Below, one piece after another: positions 51,508 to 59,578 of a stretch of 59,578 nucleotides of DNA. The notes under the pieces are model-generated. The model worked only from the letters and a program-made list of their open reading frames with translations, made no database searches and was not told the DNA's origin. Source of the stretch: Fidelibacterota bacterium (GTDB taxonomy: Bacteria > Fidelibacterota > Fidelibacteria > Fidelibacterales > Fidelibacteraceae); the NCBI GenBank assembly GCA_046482575.1, contig JAWOEU010000035.1:1-59578 (forward strand). The letters run 5' to 3'. The number at the start of each line of letters is the position of its first letter. The first letter of the stretch is position 1. The translations under genes were made by a program, and so were the position numbers.

Positions 51508-52665
51508 TTATTGCTTCTTTTTGTTAAGGAATTGCATCCGGAATTCCATAAAAAGATTAGCCAGTGAGAGCGGAACATACAGGTTCTTGCCGATACCGTA
51601 AAGGGTTCTTTCAACAAGCCGTATCATCTCAAAATGCGGGAAATCCGGATAAAACTCAACAAAACGTCCGATCTCATAATACAGGTGGGGATTAATAAGT
51701 TGTTCCTTTGCTTTAGAACCGGAAGCGATCAGTTGTGCATCACGAAGCCAGAAAATAATAAAACGTAAATAATTCCGGAATTCGGGAGGATTGTCTTTAG
51801 CGACTTTTTTGTAATAATCAATGAGCTCAGATATGTCCGCGACCGTAACCCAGCGTTTTTCGATCTGCGATCCCATCATGATACGCCAGAAATTCAGTAT
51901 CATGGAATCGATCTCGGAAAAATCCGTTTCGGAAAATTCCTTTGCCTGTTTCACATTTCCGCCGCTGAGTCTTGCTATACGCAGAGCATCGGCTTTTTCG
52001 CGTCCTTTTTCAAGCAGATAATCCACGATCTTTTTATCCGGCACCGGATTGAATTTAACGGTCTGACAGCGTGACCGGATAGTGGGAAGGATGAGGTCAA
52101 TGGATTCAGCAGTCAGAATGAACGTTGTTTCCCGGGGTGGTTCTTCAAGTACTTTTAACAGAGCACTGCAGGCTTCCCGGGTGGCAAGTTCAGCCTGATG
52201 GATCAGAATGACCTGACGTCCCCGCTCTGCCTGTCCCATGGCCAGTTTTCTTTTAAGATCTCTCATGGAGCTGATAAGAATATTATTGGCTTTAGGAATG
52301 TTTATCTGATAATAGGGATCAAGGCTCAGTTTCTGTTGCTCTCTTGTTATCAGCGCTATATCTTCATCGCTCAATCCCACAAAAGGATCGTTATCCGAAG
52401 CGTTTTTGGCTCGAGGGAATGGATGAATAAGATAAAAATTCGGGTGATTCAGGTGCCGTATCTTTGCACAGGCGGGGCAGTGTCCGCAGGCATCGCCGTT
52501 CTCGGGATTTTCACACAGGAACATAGCTGCGATATTCATGGCCATTGCCGTTTTGCCGCTGCCCCCGGGACCGGTGAAAAGATATGCGGATCCGATATGC
52601 TTATTCTTATTTAAACTCCGGAAACGTTCCGCTATTTGTTCCTGTGCAACAAGTTCGAATATCAT
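51508..52665 (-). CDS. holB: DNA polymerase III delta' subunit
   Basis: AYLFTGPGGSGKT, zinc module CGHCPAC, LLKVLEEPP and SRC motifs. Confidence 0.85.
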   Translation of the reverse strand: MIFELVAQEQIAERFRSLNKNKHIGSAYLFTGPGGSGKTAMAMNIAAMFLCENPENGDACGHCPACAKIRHLNHPNFYLIHPFPRAKNASDNDPFVGLSDEDIALITREQQKLSLDPYYQINIPKANNILISSMRDLKRKLAMGQAERGRQVILIHQAELATREACSALLKVLEEPPRETTFILTAESIDLILPTIRSRCQTVKFNPVPDKKIVDYLLEKGREKADALRIARLSGGNVKQAKEFSETDFSEIDSMILNFWRIMMGSQIEKRWVTVADISELIDYYKKVAKDNPPEFRNYLRFIIFWLRDAQLIASGSKAKEQLINPHLYYEIGRFVEFYPDFPHFEMIRLVERTLYGIGKNLYVPLSLANLFMEFRMQFLNKKKQ

Positions 52666-54368
52666 GATATTTTTAAGAGCTCCTCGGCAGTGCGCAGGCT
52701 GGCCTCACTGTCCTTTTTCCCGCCTACAAGATTTGCTATCTCTTTTACACGTGCCGAACTGCCGAGCTCATGGATATCGGCAAAGGTTTGACCGTCTTTA
52801 CTGAATTTATCGACACGGTAATGCCGTTCTCCCAGGGCTGCAATTTGCGGAAGGTGTGTAATGCAGAGGATCTGATGATGTCCGGCGAGTTCACGTATCT
52901 GTTCCCCTACAACATGTGCAATGCGTCCGCTGATACCGGAATCGATCTCGTCAAAGATCAGTGTCGGCGTTTCATCGTGCCGGGCCAATACGGACTTTAT
53001 TGCCAGCATGATACGGCTGATCTCTCCGCCGGAAGCGATCTTTACCAGTGGTTTAAAATCTTCACCGGGATTGGTGACGATGCGGAATTCAATCTCGTCA
53101 ATACCGTTTATACCCGGTTCGACATTTCTTCCCCTGAAAGAAATATACGGCTCGCTTTCCGTTTCCTTCTGATGAAGATCGACTCTGAACTTTGCATTTT
53201 TCATTCCGAGAAGCTGCAGGCGGGATTCAATATTTTTTCCGAACTCCGTTCCTGTTTTTTCCAGTGCCTTATGAAACTCCAGCGCCTTTACGGCCAGATC
53301 ATCACGAGCTTTTTCCAGCGACACTGCCAGCGCTTCAAGACGGGTATCATAATCGGCTTCCGAGCGCATTTCATCTTTCAGCTGTTCATAATATTCACAT
53401 AATTCCGAATAGTTCATATTGTGTTTCCGCATCTGATAATTTATGGAACCGACCCGTTCCTGCAGTTCTGCAAGTCTTTGCGGATCATGCTCAAGATCAT
53501 CACGGTACATTGCCATACTGCGCCCTACTTCAGTCAGGGATATTAATGCACTCTGCAGTTCTTTGGCGTTTTCCTGCAGTTCGTTGTCAATCTGAAGAAT
53601 ATCCTGTAGTATTTTCTTTAAGGTCTCTATTTGATGACTGAGCGCATTTTCATCTTCGTACAGCGCCCGTGCCAGCTGGTCGGAGGAACTTGCAAGACGG
53701 TTACTGTTTTCCAGGATCTGCAATTCGTGCTGCATTTTTTCCAGTTCGCCTTTTTCCGGTTTAACGGCATCCAGTTCCTGAAAATGAAATTCACGCAATT
53801 CGCGTTCGCGCATATACCTGTCACGGTGCTGCTGCAACTCCTGATACCGCCGGAGCTGTTGCTTGAAATTCAGATATGCTTCACGGTAGTGATGAATGAT
53901 CCGGCGGTCCTCAACACATTTTCCCAAATATAAAAGATGGTTTTTGGACTTGAAAAGTTTTTGATTTTCGTGCTGTCCGTGCATTTCTACCAGATTGCTG
54001 CCGATGGTCTTCAGTGCGGAGAGAGGAAGAAGTGCGTCATTAAAAAAAGCACGGGATTTCCCGCTTGCGTAGATTTCCCTGCGGATAAGAATATCACCGC
54101 CTGCATAATCAAGTTCTGCATCATTGAGGGCCTGCCGGACTTCCGGGCTCATATGCAATGTGTCAAATTGCGCTTCGACAATGGCTTTTTTACTGCCGCT
54201 GCGCAGAAGTCCCATATCTGCACGCGCACCCAATGCCAGTCCGAGAGCATCAATAATGATCGATTTTCCGGTACCGGTCTCTCCGGTCAGCATGGAAAGT
54301 CCGCGACCGAGTTCGACCCGGATGGAACGGATAATGGCAATGTTTTCAACGGTAAGTGTGCGTAACAT
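52662..54368 (-). CDS. recN: DNA repair protein RecN
   Basis: LTGETGTGKS, long coiled coil, SGGEISR and LIFDEIDSGISG motifs. Confidence 0.95.
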   Translation of the reverse strand: MLRTLTVENIAIIRSIRVELGRGLSMLTGETGTGKSIIIDALGLALGARADMGLLRSGSKKAIVEAQFDTLHMSPEVRQALNDAELDYAGGDILIRREIYASGKSRAFFNDALLPLSALKTIGSNLVEMHGQHENQKLFKSKNHLLYLGKCVEDRRIIHHYREAYLNFKQQLRRYQELQQHRDRYMRERELREFHFQELDAVKPEKGELEKMQHELQILENSNRLASSSDQLARALYEDENALSHQIETLKKILQDILQIDNELQENAKELQSALISLTEVGRSMAMYRDDLEHDPQRLAELQERVGSINYQMRKHNMNYSELCEYYEQLKDEMRSEADYDTRLEALAVSLEKARDDLAVKALEFHKALEKTGTEFGKNIESRLQLLGMKNAKFRVDLHQKETESEPYISFRGRNVEPGINGIDEIEFRIVTNPGEDFKPLVKIASGGEISRIMLAIKSVLARHDETPTLIFDEIDSGISGRIAHVVGEQIRELAGHHQILCITHLPQIAALGERHYRVDKFSKDGQTFADIHELGSSARVKEIANLVGGKKDSEASLRTAEELLKIS

Positions 54369-54371
54369 AGA

Positions 54372-54980
54372 TCAGTCGGTTGACGGGTTGTCTTTTTCCG
54401 GGTTAACTTCCTGCGGAATATTTTCTCCCGCCTGGAACAGTTCATTCAATTCCCGTGTACGGGGCAGGTCGGCCGGCGTCTGCAGACCAAAATAGCGCAG
54501 GAATTCTTCAGTGGTAATATACAGCAGCGGGCGGCCGGCGGCATCGGCACGGCCGGAGACGGTGATAAGCTCGCGCTCAAGCAGGGTGTTAAGTACCGCA
54601 CTGCAGTTCACGCCGCGGATCCGCTCGATCTCCGGTTTGCTGATAGGCTGCTTGTACGCAATTACTGCAAGGGTTTCCAGGGCGGCGTAGGTAAGACGCG
54701 ACCGTACATTCCTGTTGATATAATTACGGACCGTATTCTCGAATTTCCGGTTTGTTACGATCTGGAATCCTTTAGCTACCGGAACAATGTGAAACGCATG
54801 TTTTGCCTTGTTATAGTGGTCGTTCAAAGCTTCAACGGTTGCCGCAAGATCGATGCGGTGACCTTCGTCGAGGCATTCTTTCAGCCGTTCCGGTGTAAGC
54901 GGAACATCGGAAGCAATAAGCAGGGCTTCTACAAGCTGCATATCCAGGAGAGAAATAGTAATTTTGCTGCCGGTATCCAA
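54372..54980 (-). CDS. scpB: Segregation and condensation protein B
   Basis: VEALLIASDVPL..., winged-helix repeats and ...GRADAAGRPLLY.TT..FL..FGL. The TTG at 54980 has a perfect GGAGG 5 nt upstream, and ATG 54941 is the alternative. The track start at 55100 overlaps scpA. Confidence 0.88.
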   Translation of the reverse strand: MDTGSKITISLLDMQLVEALLIASDVPLTPERLKECLDEGHRIDLAATVEALNDHYNKAKHAFHIVPVAKGFQIVTNRKFENTVRNYINRNVRSRLTYAALETLAVIAYKQPISKPEIERIRGVNCSAVLNTLLERELITVSGRADAAGRPLLYITTEEFLRYFGLQTPADLPRTRELNELFQAGENIPQEVNPEKDNPSTD

Positions 54981-54981
54981 A

Positions 54982-55713
54982 TCAACCTCCGGCTTCTTGT
55001 TGTTCAATAGTAAAATCGTCAAAAGTATCACTCTGGGTAACGCGGATTTTCTGACTCCGCATAAGTTCCAGAATAGCAACGATGGTGACGACAAGAACAA
55101 GTTTACTTTTGATGGATCTGGTCAAAACCGAAAACGGCAGCCGGGGATAACGAGGGAAATGTGAATAAATGAACTCAATCTGCTTTGTTGTACTTACATG
55201 ATCCATTGCGACTTCATGCGGACCGGTGTCTGCAGGAAGTCGGTCCATTGCCTGCTTGTAGGCATTAAGTATATCAAAAAGCGATATGCGGCTGAGTGCA
55301 TCTTCCGGAAGCAGATCATGATCAATGTAGGACCAGTTTGGTTTCCGCGGAAATTTTCCTGCATTTTCTTCTTCCAGTTTTTTAAGTTCACCCCCGATCT
55401 CCTTGAAATACCGGTATTCCAGAAGCCGTTGAACAAGCTCGTTCCTGGGATCTTCGATCTCTTCATTCTCAATGGCCTCCTGAACCCGCGGGATCAGCAT
55501 CTTTGCTTTAATGCGCATCAGTAAAGCAGCCATGGCAACGAATTCTCCCGCTGTCTGTAAATTCAGGGTTTTCATCATCTCAAGATATTCAAGGTAGTCA
55601 CGGGTGATCTTCATAATGGGAATATCATAGATATTGATCTCATCACGTTTAATGAAATACAGCAGCAGATCTACAGGACCCTCAAAAACGTCTAAATGTA
55701 TCTTATAGTTCAT
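54982..55713 (-). CDS. scpA: Segregation and condensation protein A
   Basis: FEGPVDLLLYFIKRDEINIYDIPI N-terminus typical of ScpA. Confidence 0.92.
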   Translation of the reverse strand: MNYKIHLDVFEGPVDLLLYFIKRDEINIYDIPIMKITRDYLEYLEMMKTLNLQTAGEFVAMAALLMRIKAKMLIPRVQEAIENEEIEDPRNELVQRLLEYRYFKEIGGELKKLEEENAGKFPRKPNWSYIDHDLLPEDALSRISLFDILNAYKQAMDRLPADTGPHEVAMDHVSTTKQIEFIYSHFPRYPRLPFSVLTRSIKSKLVLVVTIVAILELMRSQKIRVTQSDTFDDFTIEQQEAGG

Positions 55714-55937
55714 ATTCCCCGTCAGTCAATTACATTGTAAAAAATACACTTTTTATACGGATAATAAAACAAATTATTTACACGGCCGGGACTTTGTGCG
55801 GGCGATCACCGGATACGGTAAAAATTGCTGCCCGCAGTCCGGAATATGGTTTAAATCATTTCCATACAGTCCACGATGCGGAAACTGTCCGGCAGGATAA
55901 ATGCGGCGGCTAACAGGTTTCTCTGCTTGTCTGCAAA

Positions 55938-56225
55938 CTATACCGCTTCGGTCTCCACGATCTTTGCAAGGATATCCGCATAAGGTATCAGCAGGTATTT
56001 TTTCCCCTCAAAAACAATTTCATTACCGCTGTATTCCTTAAAGAGCACGGTATCCCCGACTTTCACCTCAGCATTTTCAATATTGCTTACGCCAAGTACC
56101 TTTGCGCTTGTCTTTTTCTCTTTGGCAGTTTCGGGAATAATAATCCCGGAAGGCGTTTTTCTGTCTTTTTCCTCTTCGGAATAATCTAAAAGCACATATT
56201 CATTCACCGGTTGAAGTTCTTTCAT
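55938..56225 (-). CDS. groES: Co-chaperonin GroES (Cpn10)
   Basis: 95 aa with mobile-loop region ...TPSGIIIPETAKEK... and VGD.VLF..Y.G.E...EGK.YL.....DILA. Confidence 0.88.
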   Translation of the reverse strand: MKELQPVNEYVLLDYSEEEKDRKTPSGIIIPETAKEKKTSAKVLGVSNIENAEVKVGDTVLFKEYSGNEIVFEGKKYLLIPYADILAKIVETEAV

Positions 56226-56245
56226 ATCTTTACCCTTTCTTTTTT

Positions 56246-56839
56246 TTATCCTTTTATGTTCAGAAGGTTGTTAAGACGTTCCTTGTCAAAACCTACGACG
56301 ATCTTTCCGTTGATGTCCGTCTGGGGAACGCCGCGCTGACCACTGCGTTTCACAAGGTCCTCGGCCGCCTGCATATCACGGGATATATCCGTATCGCGGA
56401 AAGGAATGTGGTGTTCACGCAGATATCTCTTTACGGTGTTGCACCAGGGACAGGAGGGTGTAGAGTATACGGTGACGCGCTTCAGAGGCTTATCGCCGCT
56501 ACCGTCACTACCCTTTTTTCTTTCCGGACGCTGAAATATGTTTTTGTAATGCTTATAGTCATTACAGCCGCGGATAATGTTTTTCAGTTCGGATCGCTCA
56601 AATTCCAGGAGATCCGGAACGCTTGTTATGCCGTACCGCGGATGGATATCCCGTACTTTATTAAGATCCGCAACGAACAATGTGATATTTTCTGTTTGTG
56701 CAAGAGCTTTCTGAATATTAGCAAATGCACAATCACTGTGCTCATTTCCCTTTTTGAACAATAAAAGAAAAAAGCGTTCATACTTCGTGAAATGGTTCTC
56801 CAGTTCGGAAAAAGAATGGATTTCCTTCATAGTACTCAT
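56246..56839 (-). CDS. Thioredoxin-fold domain fused to a glutaredoxin-like (YruB-type, CPWC) domain
   Basis: The C-terminal half reads VTVYSTPSCPWCN.VK.YL....I.F...DIS ... GVPQTDINGK.VVGFD. The N-terminal half has a Trx-like pattern without CxxC. Confidence 0.72.
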   Translation of the reverse strand: MSTMKEIHSFSELENHFTKYERFFLLLFKKGNEHSDCAFANIQKALAQTENITLFVADLNKVRDIHPRYGITSVPDLLEFERSELKNIIRGCNDYKHYKNIFQRPERKKGSDGSGDKPLKRVTVYSTPSCPWCNTVKRYLREHHIPFRDTDISRDMQAAEDLVKRSGQRGVPQTDINGKIVVGFDKERLNNLLNIKG

Positions 56840-57295
56840 GTTAAACTCCTCATATCGGCGGTATTGTCAAACCCATCCTTTCCCCTGCATTACCGCAATG
56901 TATATAGGAAAACAAATTTAACATGTTCCCCGTAAATTTCAAGAAATTTTATCATGCAGTGGATATCGCAATGTAATGAATAATACATAAAAAGAATAAA
57001 CGGGTAATAATGGGAAATCAACGGCAGGTGAAGGACGATCAACTGCCGGATGACGATGCTTTTTCTGCTGAGCCGGGACTTTAGAGAAAATACGCCAATG
57101 TGAAGTTTCTGCCTTTTTTTCGGAAAATCAGAGTCGGTGAAAACCTGCCTTTTTGGTGTTTTCCATATTTTCATCTCTGACTGCATGCCTGTCCGCACGA
57201 TCTGTTTTTCGATCCTTGCGGGAAAAGAATGCTTATGGAAATTCTGTATTGCAATTGTATGCTTAAAATCATTACATTTATACTATATAAAAACC

Positions 57296-57369
57296 GGAGG
57301 CATAGCTCAGTCGGTCAGAGCATTCGCCTCACATGCGAAAGGCCGTGGGTTCAAATCCCTCTGCCTCCA
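57296..57369 (+). tRNA. tRNA-Val (anticodon CAC), no encoded CCA
   Basis: GGAGGCA-TA-GCTC AGTCGGTCA GAGC, anticodon arm TTCGC-CTCACAT-GCGAA, T-loop TTCAAAT, 3' end TGCCTCC-A. Confidence 0.92.
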
Positions 57370-57488
57370 CGGATTTTGTTTCGTACACTAACGCTTTCTC
57401 TGCCAGGTCCCTGCGTATAACGGACAGCCGGTAAATGCTTATCGTATGCCGCCGTTGATGTCCATTCATGTTTAGGGAGGCAATTGCC

Positions 57489-58031
57489 ATGAAAAATATA
57501 CTTGTTTTTTCCGGCAGTAACAGTTCGGTTTCGATCAATCAACAGCTGGCAGTTTATGCCGCAGGGTTCTTGAAAAAATATAAAGTGCAGACTATCACAA
57601 TGTGTGATTTCCCTGCACCGCTTTACAGCATGGACATGGAAGTGAGGGAAGGCTTTCCGGAAAACATGCTCAAACTGAATGCCCTTTTTGACCGGCAGGA
57701 GGGTTTTTTGATTTCTCTTCCTGAGCATAACGGTTCCATAACACCGGTTTTTAAAAATGCCATTGACTGGCTTTCACGTATTGAACATCCCGTCTTTAAC
57801 GGGAAAACCGTTTGCCTGCTGAGTGCTTCACCGGGTATTCGCGGCGGAGCGCATAACCTTGAACAGATCTGTGCCCTGATGCCGTTCTGGGGAGGTCGTG
57901 TTATCTCTTCGTATTCGCTGGGAAAATTCTATGACAGATGGGATGCCGACGGATCGTGTCTGAAAGATCCCGGTGAAAAGAAAAAATTACTGAAAACCTT
58001 AAATGATTTTAAGAAGGAATTGGAAACATGA
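57489..58031 (+). CDS. NAD(P)H-dependent FMN reductase family oxidoreductase
   Basis: ILVFSGSNSS and SLPEHNGSITPVFKNAIDWLSR motifs. ATG 57489 follows AGGGAGG, and the track start at 57468 is less likely. Confidence 0.85.
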   Translation: MKNILVFSGSNSSVSINQQLAVYAAGFLKKYKVQTITMCDFPAPLYSMDMEVREGFPENMLKLNALFDRQEGFLISLPEHNGSITPVFKNAIDWLSRIEHPVFNGKTVCLLSASPGIRGGAHNLEQICALMPFWGGRVISSYSLGKFYDRWDADGSCLKDPGEKKKLLKTLNDFKKELET

Positions 58032-58408
58032 AATTACAAAAATTTGCTTTAACCGTTGCAGCAGCCGGTTTCGCCGGTTTTGGACTGGTCCTTTTCATTG
58101 CGCCCGGACTTCTGGAAAGTGCCGGGGTGGCAGCGGTAACAAAATCCGGAAGTGTGGAATTGCGGGCTTTTTACGGCGGTATTGAACTGGGACTGGCTGC
58201 CTTTTTTGCATTGGCGGTGAAGCGGCCTCAATGGGCATTCCCGGCCTTGGCGGCTCTTGTGCTCACAATGACAGGCATTGTGTTACTGCGTGGTTTTGCT
58301 TTGCTTATAACGGGCTTCCAGGCAAATGCTGTTATTTATTTATCCTGGGTTGTTGAGATCGTTCTGTTTGCAATTGCCCTGCTTGCATTGATCAGGCACC
58401 GATCCTGA
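58028..58408 (+). CDS. DUF4345-like small membrane protein
   Basis: 4 TM helices and an ELRAFYGG.ELGLA motif. ATGA overlap with the FMN reductase gene. Confidence 0.6.
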   Translation: MKLQKFALTVAAAGFAGFGLVLFIAPGLLESAGVAAVTKSGSVELRAFYGGIELGLAAFFALAVKRPQWAFPALAALVLTMTGIVLLRGFALLITGFQANAVIYLSWVVEIVLFAIALLALIRHRS

Positions 58409-58477
58409 GTACGATCCGCTACATCGTTCACCCTTTTCAATCAGCGGTTTTCAGCTGAAATTTGTGTTGAATAGCTA

Positions 58478-59134
58478 ATGCATTTTACCGCCCGGAAAAA
58501 AGAACTTTTATGTCCGCTCTGCAAAAATCCGGCTTCATTTTTGCTGCATTTCCGTGACCGTGATTATTACCGCTGTTCATTATGCGGCGGTATTTTTCTG
58601 GATCCTGCGGATCATCTTCGTCCGCAAGAAGAAAAAGCGCGTTATCTTGAACATAACAACGATATAAACGATGAACGTTACCGCCGCTTTGTCCGGCCGC
58701 TTACCGATGCCGTTTTACGGGATTTTGACCCGGAACACAGCGGTCTGGATTTTGGTGCCGGTACCGGTCCGGTAATAACAGAGGTTTTACGGGAAAATGC
58801 TTATTCACCGGAAATATATGACCCGTTTTTTCATCCGGATCCCCGGTTATTGACCCGGCATTATGACTATATCGTCTGCAGTGAGGTTATTGAACATTTC
58901 CATGACCCGTACAAAGAATTTTCCCGTTTGGCAGCCATGCTGAAATCCGGAGGTGTTCTGTATTGTATGACGGAATTATATAAAGATGATACGGATTTTG
59001 CGAACTGGTATTATAAGAACGATCCGACACATGTCTTTTTTTACCATAAAGATTCCCTGCAGTGGATAAAAGAAAAAATCCTTCCCGCGGATCTTCAGAC
59101 CGGGGACAGGCTTATCGTATTCCGCAAATTTTAG
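58478..59134 (+). CDS. Class I SAM-dependent methyltransferase with N-terminal zinc ribbon
   Basis: CPLC-x17-CSLC ribbon, SAM motif I GLDFGAGTG, and post-I/II acidic residues. Confidence 0.8.
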   Translation: MHFTARKKELLCPLCKNPASFLLHFRDRDYYRCSLCGGIFLDPADHLRPQEEKARYLEHNNDINDERYRRFVRPLTDAVLRDFDPEHSGLDFGAGTGPVITEVLRENAYSPEIYDPFFHPDPRLLTRHYDYIVCSEVIEHFHDPYKEFSRLAAMLKSGGVLYCMTELYKDDTDFANWYYKNDPTHVFFYHKDSLQWIKEKILPADLQTGDRLIVFRKF

Positions 59135-59230
59135 ATGGCGGCCGTAAACATCCTGTCTTCATTTAAGTAATAAAATAGCTTTTTCTTTTTCTGCAAAAAA
59201 TATATCTTATCAACGAAAAAGGAGTCCTGA

Positions 59231-59578
59231 TTGCCAGCAATACGTATTTTATCTGAACAACTTGCAAACAAGATCGCAGCCGGAGAAGTGGTCCAGCGCC
59301 CCTCATCCGTTGTAAAGGAATTAATGGAAAATGCCATTGATGCCGATGCCACGGAGATCCTTGTTTCCATTAAAAACGGCGGAAAGGATCAGATCCGGGT
59401 AGTCGATAATGGTACGGGTATGCATGAAGACGACCTGCTTCTGGCTTTTGAACAGTATGCGACGAGCAAGATCGCGCAGCTTGAGGATCTTGAAAGCATT
59501 CACACGCTTGGATTCCGGGGAGAAGCACTCCCCAGTATTGCCTCAGTTTCCATGGTCGAAGCACAGTCATGCCCGCCC
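59231..59578 (+). CDS. mutL: DNA mismatch repair protein MutL (N-terminal 116 codons, continues past the window end)
   Basis: This gene is not in the ORF track. The TTG start immediately follows an in-frame TGA, with AAGGAG 6 nt upstream. The sequence (M)[37 protein letters not shown]...DNGTGM is colinear with the E. coli MutL N-terminus. Confidence 0.92.
   Translation, partial: MPAIRILSEQLANKIAAGEVVQRPSSVVKELMENAIDADATEILVSIKNGGKDQIRVVDNGTGMHEDDLLLAFEQYATSKIAQLEDLESIHTLGFRGEALPSIASVSMVEAQSCPP

Noticed and set aside
56226-57000. CIRCE/HrcA operator (TTAGCACTC-N9-GAGTGCTAA) upstream of groES or of the grx-like gene
   Set aside because: No match even allowing several mismatches.
56890-57391. 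ORFs 56890..57198 (-) and 57137..57391 / 57229..57420 (+)
   Set aside because: The plus-strand ORFs read through tRNA-Val. The minus-strand ORF is hydrophobic and low-complexity with no RBS. I treat the interval as non-coding.

Overview
This is a chromosomal, mostly housekeeping segment from a diderm, probably anaerobic bacterium. Supporting genes are lpxH, kdsC, lptC, lptB, a TonB-dependent receptor, sigma-54, a class II B12-type ribonucleotide reductase, a FISUMP-domain protein and many Fe-S proteins. An uncultured FCB-group-like or Cloacimonadota-like lineage is only a guess. I can support about 58 protein genes, 4 tRNAs (Lys-CTT, Arg-CCG, Glu-TTC, Val-CAC) and an RNase P RNA that the ORF track hides under an over-extended recJ ORF. 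mutL starts with TTG, runs off the 3' edge and is absent from the ORF track. I saw no CRISPR array, transposase, integrase or phage genes. The best candidate for an undescribed system is a tight seven-gene block at 17.5-21.4 kb. It encodes a DUF134 HTH protein, DUF5320, a ferredoxin::Zn-ribbon protein, two MinD/ParA-type ATPases with inserted 2x[4Fe-4S] modules and two NifX-like proteins. It has no nitrogenase context, it is preceded by a perfect 14-bp palindrome over its -10 box, and three consecutive products carry RG/GY-rich linkers. Secondary items:
- a beta-barrel / MMPL / LolA-like envelope export operon next to a membrane-anchored AraC regulator;
- a split class II RNR with a cysteine-rich Zn-ribbon on the second ORF and an NrdR-box match;
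- an overlapping acidic Zn-ribbon / DUF3467 gene pair;
- an orphan groES paired with a Trx-like::Grx fusion;
- G1:U72 acceptor pairs in 3 of 4 tRNAs;
- a perfect 48-bp fold-back at the contig start that looks like an assembly artefact.

All family assignments come from reading motifs by eye. No database search was run.
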